Positions 59,164-64,000 of a stretch of 64,000 nt of DNA are shown here, piece after piece; the stretch's first letter is position 1; each line of letters opens with the position of its first letter. A model generated the notes under the pieces. That model searched no databases, was not told where the DNA came from, and saw nothing but the letters and a program-made list of their open reading frames with translations. This DNA comes from the human T2T-CHM13v2.0 reference genome, Homo sapiens: NCBI RefSeq assembly GCF_009914755.1, contig NC_060927.1; one strand, given 5' to 3'. Position numbers and translations under genes: made by a program.

Positions 59164-59589
59164 TCACTTATATGTAAATATTCTCTAGTATTTTATATTT
59201 CATTGTCTTCTTTTCTAATTCTGTTCTTTTGTTACTTTACCATTATTTCATTAGAAAAAAAATCCCAAACCTACTGCATAAGATCTTTGGGAGCAAATTC
59301 TGTCTCTGTCTCCACCTGTTAACTAGGCTTAAGAAGAGCCAGAGGTAATACTTCAGTGGCTCAGGGGAGCTCTCTGAATTGTGCCTCCATTCTGGACCCC
59401 ACACCATTGACACAGCATCCTTGTACCTGGATTCATCCTCTCTGTTGTGCCCTTTCGGAATGATATCTAGGTTGGACTACATGCTTAGATTTTGGGGTTT
59501 TTTTCCCTGGCTTTTTTTTTTTTCATTTCTAGGCATAGTCTCTTCAATAGCTCACAGTTCTCTACTCTCAAGTTGCTGGTCCAGACTTG

Positions 59590-60445
59590 TTTTTCATTTC
59601 CAATCAGTTATCATTTGTCAATATCTGTATATTCATTATTTGATTTTCTCTTATCTGTTCCCACAACTACTGCCTTAGGTTCAGCCTTCATCATGACTCA
59701 CCTGCACCATTGTAAAAGCCTCCTTGTTTGTCAAAAGGCCTGCATTCATTTCCCTTCATCTGTTCTTCACTTTTCTGTGAGACTATTTCTTTTCTAAACA
59801 AAACTAATCATTTACTTCCAGGCTTAAAATCATCTGCTGGCTCTCCTTTGCCTAGTTACATGATCCAAACTCTTTGTTATGGTATCTGAACTTTTTGACC
59901 AATCTTTCATCGTTTCTTTCTGCTTTATTATTTACCACTCTTCCACTCACTTTATGCTTTAATATAACAGAACTATGTCCAGCTCCTAGAACATGACATG
60001 CTCTGTCACGCCATTGCATTTCTGTGCATGCTGTTCCTTAAGTTTAGAATTCTTTTTTTCCTTCTTATGTTCCCCCAAAACTATTCAGAATTCAGGGGTC
60101 AATTAAACATCATCACCATTTTGAAACATTTTTTACTTTCTCTCCTAGCCATAAACTTTGTAACCACCTTTTTCTGTCTTGTAACCGCCTTTCTTTCTCC
60201 TATTCATAAACTTCGTAACCACTTTCCTCTCTCTAGGCCGCCATAGTTAGACATTTGTGCAGTATCCTGTTCTTGCCTCTATTGGAGCCTCTAAATAGAG
60301 CCCACCATAATGTACATTCATTTACTTGTCTGCTTCTTTTACTAATCTGTGAGTTTCTTGAGGGTACAAGCAAGACTTATTCATTTTGGTCCCCAAAATG
60401 GCAAGGACTTTGCAAATAGAAGACGGTTAAAAGCGCTGAGTAAAC
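59590..60445 (+). mobile_element. L2 fragment
   Basis: gccttcatcatgactcacctgcacc...ctgtgagtttcttgaggg. Confidence 0.65.
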
Positions 60446-60454
60446 TATACCTTC

Positions 60455-60827
60455 TGTAATAGTCCATTCTCATGTAGCTATGAAGAAATACCTGAGACTG
60501 GATAAGTTATAAACAAAAGAGGTTTAATTGACTCATAGTTCCACATGGCTGGCGAGGCCTAGGGAAATTACAATCATGGCTGAAGGCACCTCTTCACAGG
60601 GCAAAAGGAAAGAGAATGAGTGCCAACAAGGCAATGTCAGACAGTTATGAAACCATCAGATCTTCTGAGAACTCGCCCACTACCACTCGCCACTACTATC
60701 TTCTGAGAACAGCATGGGGAAAACCACCCCCATAATTTAATTTCCTCTATCTTGTCCTGCCCTTGACACATGGGGATTATTACAATTCAAGGTGAGATTT
60801 GGGTGGGGACACAGCCAAACTATATCA
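60455..60827 (-). mobile_element. THE1D-like MaLR solo LTR
   Basis: aaagaggtttaattgactca...cacctcttcacaggg...ggtgagatttgggtggggacacagccaaactatatca; TSD ccttc/tcttc. Confidence 0.9.
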
Positions 60828-61605
60828 TCTTCTCTTGTATGGTTATGTCAAGGAAGACAACGATTTTCACTCAAGAAAGTTGAGGGCCCAAGATGAGAAA
60901 AAAAGCACAATGCTTACCAATGAGTCTTAATTTATAAAAAGGAAAAATCTAACAAAAGAATAAACAGTTAAAAAAAGAAAATTATAGACATTGCCTTTTT
61001 ATGAATGCTTTAATCAAGTTACAGAAAGCTCCTGTGGAATAATGCATATAAGATTTTTTAACCTCATTTTTCTATAAAGTAGTAAAGGATTCCTGTTTAT
61101 TCTTAAATAATCAGAAACATAAAGGATGTGGCTTGTTTTGAAGCATGAACATTTGCATGGTTTTGTGAAAAGGTCTAGGTTTGGCAGGCAATCTCCATAA
61201 TAAATTTTCCACAAGCAGTTATGGGTCTGCTCTTAGCAAGCCAAATAATAACTACTCAGGAAGGACTAGATTTACAGTGGACCTTAAAAGGGAAAAGTGA
61301 GCACATCCATTGTACTCTGAAGATTCATTGAATACAAATAGAAGAAAGATATATTAGGAAATCAACTTTAGTGACATTTCAGAATTTGCAAGTCAAAAAC
61401 TAAGATTCCTTAGTAGATAGAATAAAGGAAGGGGAACACAGATACATACAGTAGTGTTAGCATTAAAGGATTGTCGGACTATGGTCTCTGTATTCATAGG
61501 GAGCCCACAGGTGCTCCAGAGAGTCAGGGTTGAAGCAAGCATTGCCTTTCATTTTTTTTCATGGGCAGGAAGAGACTCCAGATTCTACTCATAATAAAAA
61601 TTCTT

Positions 61606-62110
61606 TCTTAGTTTATTTTCTCCTTAATTGAAATGAAATTCACATAATATAAAATTAACCATTTTAAAGTGAACAATGCAGTGGCATTTAGTACATTCAC
61701 AATGTTCCATAAGCCTTACTTAAAGCCAAAATATTCGTGTTACCCAAAACGGAAACCCCATGCCCTTTAGGAAGTTCCCCTAGGCTTTCCTTCCTTCAGT
61801 CCTTGGCAACCACTGATTTCTGTTCCATCTCTATACATTTACATATTCTGGATGTTTCTGATAAATAGAGTCATATAATATGTTGACCTTTGTGTCTGGC
61901 ATTTTTTTTTTCACTTAGCGTAATGTTTTTGAAGTTCATCTATGTTGTAGCCTGTATGAGTATTTTATTACTTTTTATGGTTGAATACTCTTCTATTGCA
62001 AGCGTATACCACAATTTGTTTGTCTATTCATCTGTTGATGAACAGTCGGGCTGTTTCCACTTTTTGGTTATCCTGAAGCATGCTGCTTTGAACATGCATT
62101 TTCATATCCT
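61606..62110 (-). mobile_element. L1MB 3' end
   Basis: aaattcacataatataaaattaaccattttaaagtgaacaa...gtggcatttagtacattcacaatgtt. Confidence 0.85.
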
Positions 62111-62129
62111 TTTAAGGTTCTTAATCACT

Positions 62130-62360
62130 ATTGCTCATTCATTCACTCACACAATACACATTTATTAGACTAATTATGAGTTGAATTGTATTTTACACCC
62201 AAAGAATAAGATGAAGGATAAGATATGGTTTCTGTGGTTTAGAAACTCACCATCTAGTGGTGGGAAGGGCCATGAAAGCCAACACGTTTCAATACCATTT
62301 GTCACTCCTATAATAGAAAAATAAATGATGCTCAGGGAGCCATAGAATACAGAAGGGATT
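62130..62360 (-). mobile_element. L2 3' end
   Basis: ctcattcattcactcac...catttatt...gaaactcaccatctagtgg. Confidence 0.65.
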
Positions 62361-62597
62361 GTTTTCAGCTTACTGTCTTTGTAATTCTCCATTTTGATTC
62401 CTCCTTTTATTGCCACTTTCATAGAAATGTCATCAGGTTTTTAATCTCTGAAATATAGACAATTATCTTTCATTTTTGATGAGCATGTTCTATTAGTACA
62501 TTAGTGTTTGCTTTCTATTCTAAGTACTAGAAGCTAATGTATTTGTTTTGTGAAAATAATAAAGAAGTTTATGGCAATAAGAGCCTTGTGGACTACT

Positions 62598-63090
62598 TTT
62601 AGTCAAAATGTCAACAGGAAACAGAAGGTACCCTTGAAGATAATTTAATAAAATGACAGTTTACAGAGGTCTGGGCAGGATTAAGGGAAACAAAAAGAGA
62701 TATGAAGTACTCAGGAACTAACAAAACAAAAGGAAACTATTATCACTCAAGGAGGAAATGTGAAGAAAATAATTAACCAGGACCTACTGAGAGTCAGAGC
62801 CATGGGAGGTCAGCATCCTAAGAGGAATTCCAGTGTTAAAGGGTTGTAGCTTCAGGCAGAACCAAAGAGCTGAGGCAGAGGAATCAGAGAAAGACATTTT
62901 TCAACCTCTCGCTTATTGAACTTTTGAGGACATTTACCAATCTCTTATGAGTGCCTCCTATTGGTCAACTCTAGTCAGAATCCAGAAGTCATGAGGGCCT
63001 GGATAATGCTAAAGGTATAGCAGTATGCTGGTGGGGGTGAGGAGAGGGTTGCAAAAATGGATGGGAGCAGGAGTGGAAGAACAACCATCA
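62598..63090 (-). mobile_element. LTR67B-like ERVL LTR
   Basis: caggaaacagaagg...tttaataaaatgacagtttacagaggtctgggcaggattaagggaaac...gtgcctcctattgg. Confidence 0.55.
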
Positions 63091-64000
63091 CAAAACACCC
63101 TAGCAAGAAGCAGCGGAAGCTGGTCTGTTACTGCTCAAATCCATCAGTGGTCTTCCTGCCAAAACAAAGACATATGGCTCTAAGAGACTAGCCAAATTAG
63201 TTACTGAGGAAAAGACAATAAATGTAGAACTGAGAGGTAAATTGAGGGCATAATTACGTAAACAACAGCAATGGCAGTGGCAGGAAATTTAGGCAACATT
63301 GGAGCAATTGCAAAGGACAGGAGGATCCAGTAATTAAGGACCTAGCCAGAAATTAGGAACATATATGTCATAGCCTGTTGTATTCTGTAGAAGTTGGGAG
63401 GACTTTACAATAAATGCCAGGATGGTCAGGAGATCAAGAACTTTGACAAATATTTGTGACATCACTAGATAAATCCTTAAACAGGTTAAAGGAGACTGCT
63501 TTGTTTGGAAGCCAGTAATCTTCCCCTATGCAAAATTACTGTAACTGGGAAGGATCATGTGAAGCTCCCTGTTTATGTTCTCTAGGTGGAGAATAGAGGG
63601 AGGAAGACAATCATGGGGGAGGTCATCCATCAGGTTGACCTGATAGAATTGGTTTTCTTGAAAAGGCTATAGAGGAGTTCAGAGCAGAGCTAGGGCTATT
63701 TAATATTTCCAATATGTTTATATGTATGTGCACTATCTTAGGAAAAATAAAGTATAATTACCTTAATTTCAATATGTATCTGTTAGATATTTCAACTCAA
63801 ATTTCTCTCTATGATTAATTCTAAAAACAAAACAAAAATAAAAATATAATAGAACCTAAGGTTACTAAAGACTTAAAGAAAGAAAAATATCAATTTTTCT
63901 CCCTTTGAGCAGATCTTTTAGTTTGTTGTTTGTTTGTTTTAAAGCATACAGTAGTTTCAGAAAGCATTCCCTGCTTGGAAACTGAATAGATGAGCCTTAA

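Overview
This is primate (human-like) AT-rich, CpG-depleted genomic DNA, intergenic or deep-intronic in character, and mostly made of transposable-element fossils. I find no host protein-coding gene, tRNA, rRNA or CRISPR array. All recognisable ORFs are decayed LINE-1 ORF1/ORF2, LINE-2 RT or ERV gag remnants, or chance frames in Alu/LTR sequence. Landmarks: (1) a nested cluster at 1.8-13.5 kb containing a 5.6-kb 5'-truncated L1PA7-like element with TSD; (2) a MER61-type ERV1 solo LTR at 21367-21764 with a perfect p53 site and a perfect NF-kB site; (3) a near full-length L1PB-type element at 35.9-47.7 kb with a 113-bp monomer array in its 5' UTR, invaded by an Alu, an L1PA fragment and a one-LTR MER61 provirus that itself holds an Alu and a young L1PA3/4; (4) a cluster of ERVL/MaLR LTRs at 52.9-63.1 kb; (5) an AT-rich inverted/direct repeat knot at 57.55-57.74 kb. 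Subfamily names come from my recollection of consensus sequences, and old-element boundaries are approximate; both need Dfam/RepeatMasker confirmation. I do not see a convincingly new biological system; the best leads are regulatory or structural.
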